Of a stretch of 51,694 bases of DNA, positions 36,943 to 46,314 are shown one piece after another (the stretch's first letter is position 1; each line of letters opens with the position of its first letter). The DNA lies in contig CAIUUT010000202.1 in NCBI GenBank assembly GCA_903902445.1, positions 1 through 51,694 of the forward strand. Reading direction: 5' to 3'. The DNA comes from an uncultured Candidatus Marinamargulisbacteria bacterium. Its GTDB lineage: Bacteria > Margulisbacteria > Riflemargulisbacteria > GWF2-35-9. The translations under genes and the position numbers were made by a program. A model generated the notes under the pieces. It had not been told where the DNA came from. It searched no databases and saw nothing but the letters and a program-made list of their open reading frames with translations.

Positions 36943-37572
36943 GTGATTTTATATTATACTTTTTTACAAATATACATATTTATACGTGAAATATTTTTTG
37001 TTTTACCGAGGATTAAGCTTTGGCGTTTCTTTTTTTATTTCCAGTTAGAATATTTATTTTTCTCTCCCTATTATTATGCGCTAAAGTCAGCCAAAGGACA
37101 GGATATTTTTGGCTATACACCGCTCTTTACTTTCTATAAGCTAATTAAGCCCCTTTTGTCTGCGGATAAATTTAATAGTTTCCTTGATTTGGGTTGTGGA
37201 GACGCTCGCTTAATTTTTTTAATGAATATATGCTTTGGCTTGGAAAGTTTGGGGTTGGAAAAAAATGCGAGGCTAGTGCATAAAGCCTTGTTTATTAAGA
37301 AAATACTTCATTGTCAAAAAATGGAGATTAAAGCAACTGATTTCCTGCAATATTCCTGGAAGGATTATGCTATAATTTATGTGGCTTGGGTTACGTTTGA
37401 GGATAACTTGCAACAGGCAATAACCTTAAAGTTGGAGAAAGAAACTAAGCAGGGATCTGTTGTCATAACCCTTTCTTTCCCAGTGGAAAGTAAGCTTTTT
37501 ATCTTAGAAAGAAAATTGTCAGGACTGTTCTCTTGGGGAAAAACTGACATCTATATACAAAGGAAAATATAA
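36943..37572 (+). CDS. class I SAM-dependent methyltransferase-like protein
   Basis: Motif I FLDLGCGDARL, preceded by GYTPLFTFYKLIKPL. GTG start after GAGGA. The hydrophobic N-terminus is uncertain. Confidence 0.6.
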   Translation: MILYYTFLQIYIFIREIFFVLPRIKLWRFFFYFQLEYLFFSPYYYALKSAKGQDIFGYTPLFTFYKLIKPLLSADKFNSFLDLGCGDARLIFLMNICFGLESLGLEKNARLVHKALFIKKILHCQKMEIKATDFLQYSWKDYAIIYVAWVTFEDNLQQAITLKLEKETKQGSVVITLSFPVESKLFILERKLSGLFSWGKTDIYIQRKI

Positions 37573-38372
37573 TGGTAGAAAGATATTGTGCTCTCTATTG
37601 TCTGGATAGGAAAAAAGATAAGCTCTCTGCGCAAATTGAGTCTATTACCAGAACCCTTCAGCAAAAAAACTTTGAAATAGTCACCATTGAAGCCTTGGAA
37701 AATTTACCCAAGGAGCAAAGTTTTATTTTAGCCTTGGGCGGAGATGGAACAATGCTAAGAGCCTCACAGTTATCGCGCAGCTTGCATGTCCCCGTTTTGG
37801 GGGTTAGTGGCGGATATCTTGGGTTTTTGCTGGAAGTGGAGGAAAAAGACTTAGCTGTTGCTTTAGATAAATATTTAGCTAAGGATTATTTCATAGATAA
37901 GCGTAATTTTCTAGAAATCTGTGATAAGGATATTGCCTATGCCTTAAATGAGATAACGTTTAAAAGCAATAACTTTAAGATGATAGAGCTAGATTTATAC
38001 TTAAACGATATGTACCTAACAACCTATAAGGCAGATGGCCTGATTGTTTCTACCTCTACAGGGTCAACGGCCTACAATCTTTCAGCTGGAGGCCCCATAA
38101 TCTTCCCTGATACGCAAGTCTTGATCATTACTCCAATTTGCCCCCACTCACTTACTGTCCGCTCCTTAGTGCTTTCCTCTAAGGACGTTATTAAGGTGGT
38201 TCCTTGCAGTAAAGATGTGAACTATTCTGTAGATGGTAACGATGAAATCCTTTTAGATGGACAGAGTTTAAATATTATTTTTTCTAACAAGTATGTAGAG
38301 TTCATTCGTTTTAGCAAAAAAGCCTTTATTGATGGGTTGCGCAATAAATTAAATTGGAGTGGTAAAATATAG
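37572..38372 (+). CDS. nadK: NAD kinase
   Basis: GGDGTML and GLIVSTSTGSTAYNLSAGGPI motifs. Confidence 0.9.
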   Translation: MVERYCALYCLDRKKDKLSAQIESITRTLQQKNFEIVTIEALENLPKEQSFILALGGDGTMLRASQLSRSLHVPVLGVSGGYLGFLLEVEEKDLAVALDKYLAKDYFIDKRNFLEICDKDIAYALNEITFKSNNFKMIELDLYLNDMYLTTYKADGLIVSTSTGSTAYNLSAGGPIIFPDTQVLIITPICPHSLTVRSLVLSSKDVIKVVPCSKDVNYSVDGNDEILLDGQSLNIIFSNKYVEFIRFSKKAFIDGLRNKLNWSGKI

Positions 38373-38400
38373 TAGGGGCAAATAATTATTTGCCCCTACT
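38371..38400. terminator. perfect 30-nt palindrome AGTAGGGGCAAATAA/TTATTTGCCCCTACT overlapping the nadK stop codon
   Basis: All 15 pairs verified by eye. No U-tract follows on either strand. Confidence 0.45.
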
Positions 38401-38426
38401 ATATTAACTAAGTAAATGCTGAAATT

Positions 38427-40004
38427 ATGCTGAAAAAACTTTATATTGAGAATTATCTATATATCAAAAGTGCCGTCTTAGATTTTTCTAATTCCTTAAA
38501 TATTATTATTGGGGAGTCCGGCGTTGGTAAAAGCCTGATAATAAATGTTTTAACGATCCCTATGGGACAAGTCCCGTCCGAAGAGGTTGTCGGGAAATGG
38601 GGGCAAAAAACTACCATTAAGTTAATTATTGGGGTTACGAAGAACTCGCAAACCCAAGATTATTTTAAATGGGGGAATGATAATTCCTTAGAAGCTGAGG
38701 TTAGAATTGAAATTGAGAAGAAAACAATCTTCTTCCTGAACGGCGAACAGGTGTCGGCTAAAAAAATTAAAAATATATTTAGTACCATCTTTGATTTGCA
38801 TTCCCAGAATAACTTTGAGTTAGTGAGAAGTAATCAATTACAAATACTCAGTAACTTTATGCGACAAGAGGAAAAACAAGTCTTAGAGAGTTTTCAGTTT
38901 GCCTATGAGGATTTCGATAAACTAAATAAAAACATCGCTTTTCTAAAGAGCAATATCTTTGATGAAGATAAGTTAGAGTTAAATAATTATAAATTACAGG
39001 AAATAAGCAAAATTAATCCCAAAATTAATGAAGATTTGGAATTATTTGAGCAACTAAAAATGGGGAGACAAGGAATTAATATCGCTCAGCAATACCTTTC
39101 CTTCAATGAAAAACTAGAAGAGGCTAGTTCATCCCTGAATGAGGCGTTATTCGAGTCCAAAGAATTAATGAATGTCACCTCAAAAGTTACGAGTATTCAA
39201 GAACGCTTGGCAAGTTGTGCACAGGAGTTAGAGGATATTACTTGGGAATTCTCTAGGAACAAAGATGTGCAAGCGATAGAAGAAATCGATATATTAGAAA
39301 CTGAAAGTCGTCTTTCTTTAGTTGAAGGCTTAAAGTCAAAGTATAAGATGGGGTTAAAAGAAGTCATCGCTTTCAAAGATGATTTGCTTGAAAAAATAAA
39401 CAAACAAGAAGAATATAAGTTAGATTTAATTAAACTTAGTCAGGAAAAAGAATCTCAGTCTATCCTACTCACACAAAAAGCCCAAGAGTTAACTCAAGTT
39501 AGGCAACAAATTGCGCTTCGAATAATTAATTTAATTAAAGAATCTTTTATTGACCTGAAGCTTGAAAAAACGGAAATGACTTATACATTTTCAACTAAAG
39601 ATTCTATAGATGAAAATGGTCAGGATAACTTTGAGTTCTTAATAAAGGTAAATGTAGGCAGCGCCTTCCATTCTCTTCACAAACTATCGGGTGGCGAGAC
39701 CTCACGCATAATGTTGGCCTTAAAAACGGCATTAATGTCTGCTGCCCAAATCTCAACCTATATTTTTGACGAAATAGATGTTGGGGTGAGTGGCGAGGTT
39801 GCAAAGCGCATGGCTGATGTGCTGGCCAAAATGTCAGTGGCTAGACAGCTTATTATTATTACTCATTTACCCATGATTGCACTCAAAGCAAATCGAATAT
39901 TTAAAATACAAAAAGAATTTTTGGCAGACTCCACCGAGATTTCCATACAGACCTTAACCGACAAAACAATAATTTGTGACACAATTACCAAGTTGTTAAC
40001 ATAA
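38427..40004 (+). CDS. recN: DNA repair protein RecN (compact, 525 aa)
   Basis: Walker A GESGVGKS, long coiled coil, signature LSGGETSRIMLALK, Walker B IFDEIDVGVSG. Confidence 0.88.
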   Translation: MLKKLYIENYLYIKSAVLDFSNSLNIIIGESGVGKSLIINVLTIPMGQVPSEEVVGKWGQKTTIKLIIGVTKNSQTQDYFKWGNDNSLEAEVRIEIEKKTIFFLNGEQVSAKKIKNIFSTIFDLHSQNNFELVRSNQLQILSNFMRQEEKQVLESFQFAYEDFDKLNKNIAFLKSNIFDEDKLELNNYKLQEISKINPKINEDLELFEQLKMGRQGINIAQQYLSFNEKLEEASSSLNEALFESKELMNVTSKVTSIQERLASCAQELEDITWEFSRNKDVQAIEEIDILETESRLSLVEGLKSKYKMGLKEVIAFKDDLLEKINKQEEYKLDLIKLSQEKESQSILLTQKAQELTQVRQQIALRIINLIKESFIDLKLEKTEMTYTFSTKDSIDENGQDNFEFLIKVNVGSAFHSLHKLSGGETSRIMLALKTALMSAAQISTYIFDEIDVGVSGEVAKRMADVLAKMSVARQLIIITHLPMIALKANRIFKIQKEFLADSTEISIQTLTDKTIICDTITKLLT

Positions 40005-40167
40005 TTAATTTACTTAAATTACTTACACAATAAATTTTTTAGAATTATTGACTTAACGTATATTATACGAATACAATTCTCTAGTAAGTATTCATTTCTT
40101 GGGGTGAGATTCTCTTGCTATGTTGAGAGATAATTGAAAATGATGATGGGAAGGGGTGTTTTGAATA

Positions 40168-40683
40168 ATGGAAAAGGGTATCGTTGGAAAAACTAGTTCA
40201 AAATTAACACAGCAAAAAAATGATTTAGATCTATTAGGTAGTGAAGATGTATATCAACTAGTTACGTTCACCTTGGGAGACGAAGTCTATGGAATAGATA
40301 TATTAGCTGTTCAAGAAATAATCCGTATGCAAAACATTACTGAAATACCGCGCACCTCAGATTATGTGGAGGGGGTAATTAACCTTCGAGGCAAGGTTAT
40401 TCCCGTAATTGATCTTAGAAAAAGATTTAATTTATTAATAAGTGAAGAAAGCAAAGATACTCGAATTATTGTAGTGGAAATTGAAAACAAAATTATTGGC
40501 ATGATTGTAGACAGTGTTTCAAAAGTTTTGCGTTTGCCCTCCAGTTACGTGGAACCACCTTCCCCAATAGTCGGCGGTGTAGATTCTAACTACATTAAAG
40601 GTGTGGGAAAATTAAATGATATGTTGGTAATAATCTTAGATTTGTCCAAAATAAATGAATCTAGTATGAGCTTGGTTTCCTAG
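40168..40683 (+). CDS. cheW: chemotaxis coupling protein CheW
   Basis: CheW-like domain: FTLGDEVYGIDILAVQEI, VINLRGKVIPVIDLRKRF. Confidence 0.9.
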   Translation: MEKGIVGKTSSKLTQQKNDLDLLGSEDVYQLVTFTLGDEVYGIDILAVQEIIRMQNITEIPRTSDYVEGVINLRGKVIPVIDLRKRFNLLISEESKDTRIIVVEIENKIIGMIVDSVSKVLRLPSSYVEPPSPIVGGVDSNYIKGVGKLNDMLVIILDLSKINESSMSLVS

Positions 40684-40706
40684 TTTATTAACCTAAAGGG
40701 GAATTT

Positions 40707-42953
40707 ATGGCATTTGAAATCAATGTGCAAGATTTTATAGATGAAGCAGAAGATCAAATTAGAGTTCTCAATGATGGCTTGCTTGCTCTGGAAAAAGATA
40801 AAAAAAATGAAGAAATAATCAACGAAGTGTTTCGTGCTGCCCATACGCTAAAAGGCGGTTCAGGTTTAGTTGGTTTTTCTAAGATGACGGAACTTACTCA
40901 TAGCCTTGAAAGTATTTTCGATCTTATCCGAGAAAAAGAACTAGAACTCACTTCTTCCCATTTAGATGTAATGTTTGAGGTTTTGGATATCTTAATGGAA
41001 CTGATGGGCGAAGTCGAAACGGGACAGTTTAATACAGATATCGTTGCGGTATCCAAAAAGTTAAAGGCTATTTTAGAAGCCCAAGAAGAAGTGAAGAAAG
41101 CTGGCGGAAAAAAAACTTCTCATCCTAAAGAACCTGAATTAGCTGATGTTCAAGGTTATCCTGAAGCCCAGACTGCCTCTGCAAAAGTTGAAAAAGGCTC
41201 TAATAATAAAGGTGCAGATGACAATAGTATTGAAGAAAAGATTGTTTCTTATATTAATAGACCGTTAACCAAAGAAGAATTAGCTACAATTGATTCCGTT
41301 AAGCAAAACGGTGAGCCCTTATATGGTGTCAAAATACGAATAAGTGATGCTTGTGATGTGGCTTCTTTGTTTATGTTTATGATGTTTAATAAAATTAGGG
41401 AAATAGGAGAGCTAATCGTTTCTATTCCTGCAGAGGATGAGCTAGAAGATGATGATTGCAAGAATTTAAATATAATTATATCCTCCATTGTACCTAAAGA
41501 TGACGTTTACAGAGAGCTTAATATGCCAGAAATTGAGAGTATTGTTATCGAAGCCTTAACAGATGATGGCGAAACGGAACATAAAGCTGAAGCTCCCAAA
41601 CCGGTTGTTCAAGCCGTTGTCAAAGAAGAACCAAAAGTTCATAAAAAGGAAAGTGTGGTTTCTTTTTCTCAGGAAGAGGATGATGAGGAAGATTCACACA
41701 AAGAAACAGGTATGGTAGCCAAGGATGCTCCTCGAGAGAGTGATCATTCAAAGAAGTCAGGCTCAACTACGCTACGTGTAGATAGTAGTAAGATCGATAG
41801 TTTATTAAACTTAGCTGGCGAGTTAGTCATCAATAAAGCAAGATTTATGCAAATCCAATCAGATTTAGAAAGAGAGCTTGGTAAGAATAGCAAAATTGGT
41901 GAGTTGAAAGATACGGTTGTACAGCTGATGCGTATCACTAATGAGGTTCAGGAAGGGATTATGCAACTACGTATGGTTGCTATTGATCAGGTTTTTAGCA
42001 AATTTCCAAGAGTTGTTCGCGATATATCCAGAAAATTGGACAAGAAAATTGAACTAGTAATTGAGGGTAAAGATACCGAGCTAGATAAATCTGTTGTAGA
42101 AGAAATTGGGGATCCTTTAATGCATCTGGTAAGAAATTCTGTTGACCATGGAATTGAGACCGTTTCTGAAAGAATTGCAGCAGGAAAGCCAGAGACAGGA
42201 ATAATTAAGTTAAAAGCATATCACCAGGGCAGCTCAATCATCATAGAAATTGAAGATAACGGTCACGGAGTGAATATCGATTTAGTAAAGAAGAAGGCCA
42301 TTTCTAAAAACTTAATCACAGAAGAAGATGCTTTTAATATGACCGACAAAGAAGCTGTAAATTTGATTTTTTTACCAGGATTTTCCACTGCTGCAGTTGT
42401 TTCCGACTTATCTGGTCGTGGGGTGGGAATGGATGTTGTAAAGCGAAACGTTGAGCGCTTGAATGGTGTTGTAGAAATTGTGACGGAGCAGGGTAAAGGT
42501 AGCGTTTTTTCTATCAAGCTCCCTCTTACTTTAGCCATTATATCAACGCTCTTAACAAAGGTAACTCGATTTGTTTATGCTATTCCTTTGGTTAATGTAA
42601 TTGAAATTGTGGAAGTAGCCAAGAAAGATATTTCAAAGATCGCTACTAAAGAGGCTATAAAAATAAGAAATGAAGTCATTAACATTCTAAGATTGGATGA
42701 AATATTTAATCTTGGTTCTGGCAACAGAGGGAAAGAGAAAGTCCAAATTGTTATCGTTGGGGTTGCTGGTTATCGTGTTGGTTTTGTTGTTGATGAATTA
42801 ATTGGCGAACAAGAGGTCGTTATTAAGTCGTTAGACAATAGTTTGATTGACTCACCAGGAATAGCGGGGGCTTCAATTTTAGGCGATGGTAATGTGGCGT
42901 TAATAATAGATGTTTCAACTCTAATCGATAAAGTTATCCAAGGTTACTATTAA
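40707..42953 (+). CDS. cheA: chemotaxis histidine kinase CheA
   Basis: Hpt motif FRAAHTLKGGSG. Dimerisation, HATPase (DNGHG, GRGVGMDVV) and C-terminal CheW-like domains. Long acidic linkers. Confidence 0.95.
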   Translation: MAFEINVQDFIDEAEDQIRVLNDGLLALEKDKKNEEIINEVFRAAHTLKGGSGLVGFSKMTELTHSLESIFDLIREKELELTSSHLDVMFEVLDILMELMGEVETGQFNTDIVAVSKKLKAILEAQEEVKKAGGKKTSHPKEPELADVQGYPEAQTASAKVEKGSNNKGADDNSIEEKIVSYINRPLTKEELATIDSVKQNGEPLYGVKIRISDACDVASLFMFMMFNKIREIGELIVSIPAEDELEDDDCKNLNIIISSIVPKDDVYRELNMPEIESIVIEALTDDGETEHKAEAPKPVVQAVVKEEPKVHKKESVVSFSQEEDDEEDSHKETGMVAKDAPRESDHSKKSGSTTLRVDSSKIDSLLNLAGELVINKARFMQIQSDLERELGKNSKIGELKDTVVQLMRITNEVQEGIMQLRMVAIDQVFSKFPRVVRDISRKLDKKIELVIEGKDTELDKSVVEEIGDPLMHLVRNSVDHGIETVSERIAAGKPETGIIKLKAYHQGSSIIIEIEDNGHGVNIDLVKKKAISKNLITEEDAFNMTDKEAVNLIFLPGFSTAAVVSDLSGRGVGMDVVKRNVERLNGVVEIVTEQGKGSVFSIKLPLTLAIISTLLTKVTRFVYAIPLVNVIEIVEVAKKDISKIATKEAIKIRNEVINILRLDEIFNLGSGNRGKEKVQIVIVGVAGYRVGFVVDELIGEQEVVIKSLDNSLIDSPGIAGASILGDGNVALIIDVSTLIDKVIQGYY

Positions 42954-44072
42954 ATGGTTAGTGCGGGTATCTCTGTTCTCGTTGTCGACGATTCTATTTT
43001 TCTGCGGTCTTTTTTAACAAAAATACTTACCTCAGATCCTTTGATTTCCGAAGTAAAAACTGCCAGTGATGGAGCCGCAGCTATTGAGTTATTGGCTACA
43101 TATAAGCCTGATATTATTACCTTAGATATTGAGATGCCGCGTATGAACGGGTTAGAGACACTAAAAGTTATTAAGAGTCGTTTCAAGATACCCGTCCTCA
43201 TGATTAGTTCTTTGACGCGTAAAGGCGCCTCTATTACCATCAATGCTTTAGAGCTGGGTGCGGAGGATTGGATACAAAAGCCAGAGAACGCTTTCGATAT
43301 GGCTTCTCAAGAAGATCTTAAAAAAGATCTGCTACAGAAGATCCGCTATATTACCAAACGCAGTGAAGTCCAAGTAACTCCCTTTGAACCGAAAAAGTTT
43401 GTAGAACCTCTCAGGCCAGATTCGGATAATATGAACAATATCCAATTTAAAGAACATGTTATTAAAAATGCGACTAAGCCTACTGGTAGCGTCCGACTAA
43501 CTTTCAATATCGTAGCCATTGGAATTTCTACAGGCGGCCCCAGTGCCTTAAATAAGGTTGTTCCACTATTGCCCGCCGATTTAAATGCCGCGGTGATAAT
43601 CGTACAGCATATGCCCGCCACGTTTACTAATGTATTATCTGAAAGATTAAATGAAATATCCAAGATGAAGGTCAAGGAAGCTCAGGACGATGAGTTGCTT
43701 AGTAAGGGAACGGTTTATGTTATTCCTGGAGATAAGCATGTTCGATTAAAAGAAGTAAACGGGCAGTTGAAGATATGTCTCGACAAATTTCCTAAAATTG
43801 GCGGGTTTAGACCAAGTGCAGAAGCCCTGTTTTATTATGTGGCAGAAGCAGCCAGAAAAAATGCGATTGGCGTAATAATGACCGGGATGGGTAGTGATGG
43901 TTCGGATAATATTGGCATGATTAAACGTTACTCCAATAAAACAATAGCTCAAGATGAAGCTTCCTGTGTGATTTTTGGCATGCCTAAAGTGGCCATTCAA
44001 AAGGGAAATGTTGATTATATTTTGCCTTTAGATAAGATTGTTGATAAAATATGCGAGTTAGTTATAAAATAG
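42954..44072 (+). CDS. cheB: protein-glutamate methylesterase/deamidase CheB
   Basis: Receiver domain (VVDDS, LDIEMP) plus a methylesterase domain with GISTGGP, VQHMP and GMGSDG. The start abuts the cheA stop. Confidence 0.92.
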   Translation: MVSAGISVLVVDDSIFLRSFLTKILTSDPLISEVKTASDGAAAIELLATYKPDIITLDIEMPRMNGLETLKVIKSRFKIPVLMISSLTRKGASITINALELGAEDWIQKPENAFDMASQEDLKKDLLQKIRYITKRSEVQVTPFEPKKFVEPLRPDSDNMNNIQFKEHVIKNATKPTGSVRLTFNIVAIGISTGGPSALNKVVPLLPADLNAAVIIVQHMPATFTNVLSERLNEISKMKVKEAQDDELLSKGTVYVIPGDKHVRLKEVNGQLKICLDKFPKIGGFRPSAEALFYYVAEAARKNAIGVIMTGMGSDGSDNIGMIKRYSNKTIAQDEASCVIFGMPKVAIQKGNVDYILPLDKIVDKICELVIK

Positions 44073-44173
44073 GGATGAAATATAAATAATTAATGTTTAT
44101 TTCCTGCTAAAAATAGGTATAATTGAAAATAGTCATTAATATATAATTTAATAAAGCTGCGTAGGGGGTTGCA

Positions 44174-44605
44174 ATGGCAATGAAAAATACAAATGTGGAA
44201 AAAATGTACTTGGGTATCAAAGAGAATGGTAGTCCCATCAATGCATTTATTGTTGATGATTCAGCTTTTATGGTTAAAACTATTCAAAGAATGTTAGAAG
44301 GTTTCGGCTGTAATATTATTGGCTCAGCCGCTGATGGTGAGGATGCCATAAAAAAAGTTGCTGATTTAGCTACTCAAATAGATATCTTAACTCTAGATAT
44401 TTCTATGCCCAAGAAAGATGGCTTAACAGCCTTACCAGAACTTTTAAAAATTAACCCTCGTATTAGGGTCGTTATGGTTAGTGCTCTAGGTGATAAGGAT
44501 AAGGTAAAACAAGCTATTATGTTAGGCGCTAAGCACTTTGTAGTTAAACCTTTTAAACAAGAAAAAGTTTTTGATATTATTCGTTGGGTTGTAGAGAAAG
44601 ATTAG
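44174..44605 (+). CDS. cheY: chemotaxis response regulator CheY
   Basis: Single receiver domain: IVDDSAFM, LTLDISMP, MVSALG, VVKPF. AGGGGG SD. Confidence 0.9.
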   Translation: MAMKNTNVEKMYLGIKENGSPINAFIVDDSAFMVKTIQRMLEGFGCNIIGSAADGEDAIKKVADLATQIDILTLDISMPKKDGLTALPELLKINPRIRVVMVSALGDKDKVKQAIMLGAKHFVVKPFKQEKVFDIIRWVVEKD

Positions 44606-44616
44606 GAGGAAAGAAG

Positions 44617-45087
44617 ATGAATGTTGAGTTTATCAATCCGTTTTTAGTTGCTATTAGCAATGTTTTGAAAGAAGTTATACCTGAAATAAAGGTAACAAGA
44701 GGACAGCTAGTAAAAAGAAATGCTCCCATGATGTCTAAGGGCTGTGCTTCTCTTATTGGAATTACTGGAGATGTGGAAGGCCGCGTAGTCTTTGATATGA
44801 GTAAGCAAACTGCTATAAATTTTGCAAGTACCATGAATGGTGAAAAATTCAATGAGTTTGATTACATGGTTAGCTCTACAATTAACGAAATGGCAAATAT
44901 GATTTGTGGCGGCGCTATTACTATTTTAAATAATAATGGTAAAGTCTTAGACATTTCCGCTCCTACAATTTTCACGGGACAAGATCTTGAATTGTACGAT
45001 TCCAGTATGTTAAAGGAAGCCGTAGTGGTACCCATTAGTACGGATTTAGGTGATATATACGTAAATGTAGCTATACGAGAAGTGTAA
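44617..45087 (+). CDS. cheX: CheY-P phosphatase CheX (CheC/CheX/FliY family)
   Basis: The ATG at 44617 is preceded by AGGAGGA. INPFLVAISNVLKEV N-terminus. Phosphatase motif S-x3-E-x2-N-(about 21 aa)-P in SSTINEMANMICGG...ISAP. Confidence 0.8.
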   Translation: MNVEFINPFLVAISNVLKEVIPEIKVTRGQLVKRNAPMMSKGCASLIGITGDVEGRVVFDMSKQTAINFASTMNGEKFNEFDYMVSSTINEMANMICGGAITILNNNGKVLDISAPTIFTGQDLELYDSSMLKEAVVVPISTDLGDIYVNVAIREV

Positions 45088-45094
45088 ACAATTT

Positions 45095-45100
45095 TATAAT
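45095..45100 (+). promoter_or_regulatory. -10 box TATAAT, 7 nt upstream of ATG 45108 (leaderless candidate)
   Basis: Reads attTATAATcttctgcATG. No SD. Lies in the 20-nt cheX-downstream gap. Confidence 0.4.
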
Positions 45101-45107
45101 CTTCTGC

Positions 45108-46283
45108 ATGAGAGTTGTTTTTATTGTTTTACTTTTAACCTGCAGTTTATTTGCTAGTGACGGTTTATCAAAGCCAAGCGATGTTTATGTTGTCGAGAAG
45201 TATAATCCCTTTCAACTAAATTCATTCCCCCAATTGAACACTAAAGGTGTTCTATCCAAAGAGTATTTTAATACCTTAAAAAATTTCTACATTTCTAGAA
45301 AGACAGTGGCTGAGAGTTTTTTCAATAAAAAGAATAAAAAAATTGTATTTTATCTTATCAACAATGAAATGAATGAAACACAGGAAGCTACAGTAAAAAA
45401 TAGACCTAAGTATAACTTAGGAGATTCCATCCTGAAAAATTTGCGTGCCAAGATAAAACCACTTAAAGAATTAAATGTTTCAACATTCGTAAATAAAAGT
45501 GTGAGTTATGAGGATGCGGATATAATAATAGTCTTAAAAGTAGACCTTTCAACGTCTAAAAAGAATTATTTGCAGTATCAAAACAACATTAATATGGTGG
45601 AATTGAATCTTAATTACCAAATATATATTCCAGCAGTTTATAATAAAGAGCCAGTCAGTGATGTTTATATTAAGGAGACCTTGGCCAATCGGCAATATAA
45701 TAATAAATCGTTGGTCGATTTAATGTTGTTAAAGTTACAAGATTACTATGCTTGGGGGAAATTTCCAGAAATTATTCATTATCTGTCTGGAGAAAAGAGT
45801 TATAAGAAGTTATTTGATAATAAGTATGCCATAAATAATGATGACGTTTTCGCTATTAAGCTATTGGCTTTGGCGGATTGGAATAATTTGCAAAGCAATT
45901 TGCTTAGGGAAGGGCATGTCGATGGGCTAATGGATGCAAACATTTTATATCCTTTTTCCAAGCTGCTAAGTAGTGCAGTGTTTGCGCGCACCAAAGAAAT
46001 GTATGATGTTAAAGAGAAGGCCAAATATTTGAATTATTTGTACGTGGCAAATTATTTAGATTTGCTGGATTTGCTCAATGATGTGTTATCGCAAATAAGT
46101 AATGTTAGTCAGGTAACGTATATTGGCCCAATTCTATTAGTGGCCAGTTCCTACGGGAATTCTGAAACTGTAGGTTATTTAACCCGTATCAGAGAGTTAA
46201 TATTGGATGATCCAACACCAGCCAATAGACCTTTTTTGCAATTATTAAATACAGTTATTAATAAAATTGATAATAAAAAATAG
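45108..46283 (+). CDS. hypothetical secreted protein (391 aa)
   Basis: Signal peptide MRVVFIVLLLTCSLFA. No recognisable domain. Asn/Tyr/Leu-rich. Confidence 0.65.
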   Translation: MRVVFIVLLLTCSLFASDGLSKPSDVYVVEKYNPFQLNSFPQLNTKGVLSKEYFNTLKNFYISRKTVAESFFNKKNKKIVFYLINNEMNETQEATVKNRPKYNLGDSILKNLRAKIKPLKELNVSTFVNKSVSYEDADIIIVLKVDLSTSKKNYLQYQNNINMVELNLNYQIYIPAVYNKEPVSDVYIKETLANRQYNNKSLVDLMLLKLQDYYAWGKFPEIIHYLSGEKSYKKLFDNKYAINNDDVFAIKLLALADWNNLQSNLLREGHVDGLMDANILYPFSKLLSSAVFARTKEMYDVKEKAKYLNYLYVANYLDLLDLLNDVLSQISNVSQVTYIGPILLVASSYGNSETVGYLTRIRELILDDPTPANRPFLQLLNTVINKIDNKK

Positions 46284-46314
46284 TACTGTTGTTAAAAAAC
46301 AAAGGAAGTAAGCC

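Noticed and set aside
40140-40196. 18-codon upstream ORF (MMMGRGVLNNGKGYRWKN) overlapping the cheW start
   Set aside because: It has no SD, is out of frame with cheW and shows no sign of a regulatory leader peptide. It is probably a chance ORF in an AT-rich leader.
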